Positions 62,623 to 64,000 of a stretch of 64,000 bases of DNA are shown piece by piece. Within the stretch, counting starts at the first letter, position 1, and the number at the start of each line of letters is the position of its first letter. The translations under genes and the position numbers were made by a program. The notes below the pieces were generated by a model. That model searched no databases. It saw only the letters and a list, made by a program, of their open reading frames with translations, and was not told where the DNA came from. Source of the stretch: an uncultured delta proteobacterium (GTDB taxonomy: Bacteria > Myxococcota_A > UBA9160 > SMWR01); the NCBI GenBank assembly GCA_963832165.1, contig CAWHTE010000001.1, forward strand, positions 544,001-608,000, read 5' to 3'.

Positions 62623-63437
62623 CCGAGAAGCGCATGCTCGACCGCGGCGAGCTCGATGCCGACACGCATCCCGATCTCAAACCGCCGACCTTCGCGAGCG
62701 TCGAAGAGGAGCGCGCCCACCGCAAAGCGCGTCTCGCGGGCGCGTGCCGGATCTTCGCGCGCTTCGGCTACGACCACTGGGTGGCAGGCCACCTCACGGT
62801 GCGCGATCCCGAGCACGCCGACCGCTTCTGGGTGAATCCGCTCGGCGTCTCGTGGCGGCTCCTCCGCGCGAGCGATCTCTGCCAGGTCGACTTCGCGGGA
62901 AACGTCGTCAGCGGCGAGCGCCCCGTGAACGGCGCCGCGTTCGCGATCCACTCCGAGATCCACCGCAATCGCGAGGACGTGGTGGCGGCGGCTCACGCGC
63001 ACACGCCCTTCGGGCGCGCGTGGTCGGCCACGGGTCGTCCGCTCGAGCCGATCAGCCAGGATCACTGCGCGTTCTACCAGGATCACGCGGTGTTTTCCGA
63101 CTTCACGGGCGCGGTCTACGACAGCGCCGAGTCGCGGCGCTTCGCCACCGCGATCGGGTCGGGCAAGGCACTGATCCTGCAGAACCACGGCCTGCTCACG
63201 GTGGGCCAGACCGTCGACGAAGCGGCGTTCTGGCTCCACCTGCTCGAGCGCTGCGCACAGTCGATGCTGCTCGTGAACGCGCTCGTGCCGCGAGACGGCC
63301 GCCCCGCGTACACCGCGCTCTCGCACGAGGTGGCGTCGCATACCCACGAGCAGGTCGGCCAGCCGCTGCACGGATGGCGCGGCTTTCAGCCGCTGTGGGA
63401 CGAGCTCATTGCCGAACAGGAGGATTTTCTGGCGTGA
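62619..63437 (+). CDS. Class II aldolase/adducin family protein
   Basis: GHLTVRDP, FWVNP, AFAIHSEIH, AHAH, LQNHGLLT; ATGA coupling. Confidence 0.92.
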   Translation: MTEKRMLDRGELDADTHPDLKPPTFASVEEERAHRKARLAGACRIFARFGYDHWVAGHLTVRDPEHADRFWVNPLGVSWRLLRASDLCQVDFAGNVVSGERPVNGAAFAIHSEIHRNREDVVAAAHAHTPFGRAWSATGRPLEPISQDHCAFYQDHAVFSDFTGAVYDSAESRRFATAIGSGKALILQNHGLLTVGQTVDEAAFWLHLLERCAQSMLLVNALVPRDGRPAYTALSHEVASHTHEQVGQPLHGWRGFQPLWDELIAEQEDFLA

Positions 63438-64000
63438 AGGCACCGAGCATCGATTCGATCCGCGCCGGCGACGAACTTCCGAGTGTCGAGCGCACGACCG
63501 TCTTCGCGCACTGGAACCGCTTCGCAGCCGTGAACGACGAGTTCATCGACGTGCACATGGAGCGCGAGGCCGCCGTGGCTGCGGGCCAGACCGACGTATT
63601 CGGGATGGGGAACCTGCGGATCGCCTACGCGCACAACGCGCTGCACCGCTGGCTCGCGGGCGCGGGCGACATCGCGGAGTTCGGCTGTCAGTTCCGCGCG
63701 CTCAACATGAAGGGCGACGTCCTGCGCACGCGCGCGGTGGTCAAGAGCACCGAGACGCGCGACGGCAACCCGCTCGCGAGCATCGAGCTCGACGTCCTGA
63801 ACCAGCGCGGCGAGAGCACGATGCCGGGCAGCGCGACGGTGCTGTTCTTTCCGGGCGGGAAGGGCACGAGCCTGCCCGAGCCTGCGCCGTCGCCGATCCC
63901 GACCGACCGCACTCCCGCGGTGCATCTCGACGCGAAGACGATCAGCTGGCTCGGCGTGCCGCTTCCTGCTGACACGGCATACCCGGTATGCGAGAACGAC
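63434..64000 (+). CDS. MaoC/hot-dog fold dehydratase, truncated by window end (absent from ORF track)
   Basis: GTGA coupling; FAAVNDEFIDVHM, FGMGNL, NQRGE; open to 64000. Confidence 0.8.
   Translation, partial: MKAPSIDSIRAGDELPSVERTTVFAHWNRFAAVNDEFIDVHMEREAAVAAGQTDVFGMGNLRIAYAHNALHRWLAGAGDIAEFGCQFRALNMKGDVLRTRAVVKSTETRDGNPLASIELDVLNQRGESTMPGSATVLFFPGGKGTSLPEPAPSPIPTDRTPAVHLDAKTISWLGVPLPADTAYPVCEND

Overview
High-GC (visually about 70%) bacterial chromosomal segment from a Gram-negative organism, judged by an outer-membrane beta-barrel and PEP-CTERM/IPTL-CTERM sorting signals. The gene content resembles uncultured Myxococcota/Binatia-type deltaproteobacteria (inference only). It holds many lipid, steroid and aromatic catabolic genes (enoyl-CoA hydratase, acyl-CoA ligases, SDRs, a ChsH2/ChsH1/Ltp2-like triad, a BVMO, an HsaA-like monooxygenase, two extradiol dioxygenases, an F420-type LLM), three tRNAs (Arg-TCT, His-GTG, Arg-TCG), a heme-copper oxidase operon, a signalling cluster (REC, Hpt-REC-GGDEF, NarL regulator, GAF kinase), GT-C-like membrane proteins, surface-anchored hydrolases, a REP pair and two gene remnants. 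Many genes carry single-base frameshifts that look like long-read consensus errors. Most notable: (1) the oxidase subunit I keeps its metal ligands, HPEVY and the D-channel entry but lacks the canonical K-channel residues (natural K362M/T359I equivalents) and has three new intramembrane glutamates, in an operon with an unannotated 34-aa membrane ORF; (2) a 4-unit tandem array behind tRNA-Arg(TCG) in which each unit is the tRNA 3' part split in the T-loop by a 53-nt double hairpin; (3) an in-frame fusion of an FAD dehydrogenase to an SSB-like DUF3127 protein. No CRISPR array, transposase or integrase was recognised. All alignments were done by eye from remembered consensus motifs.
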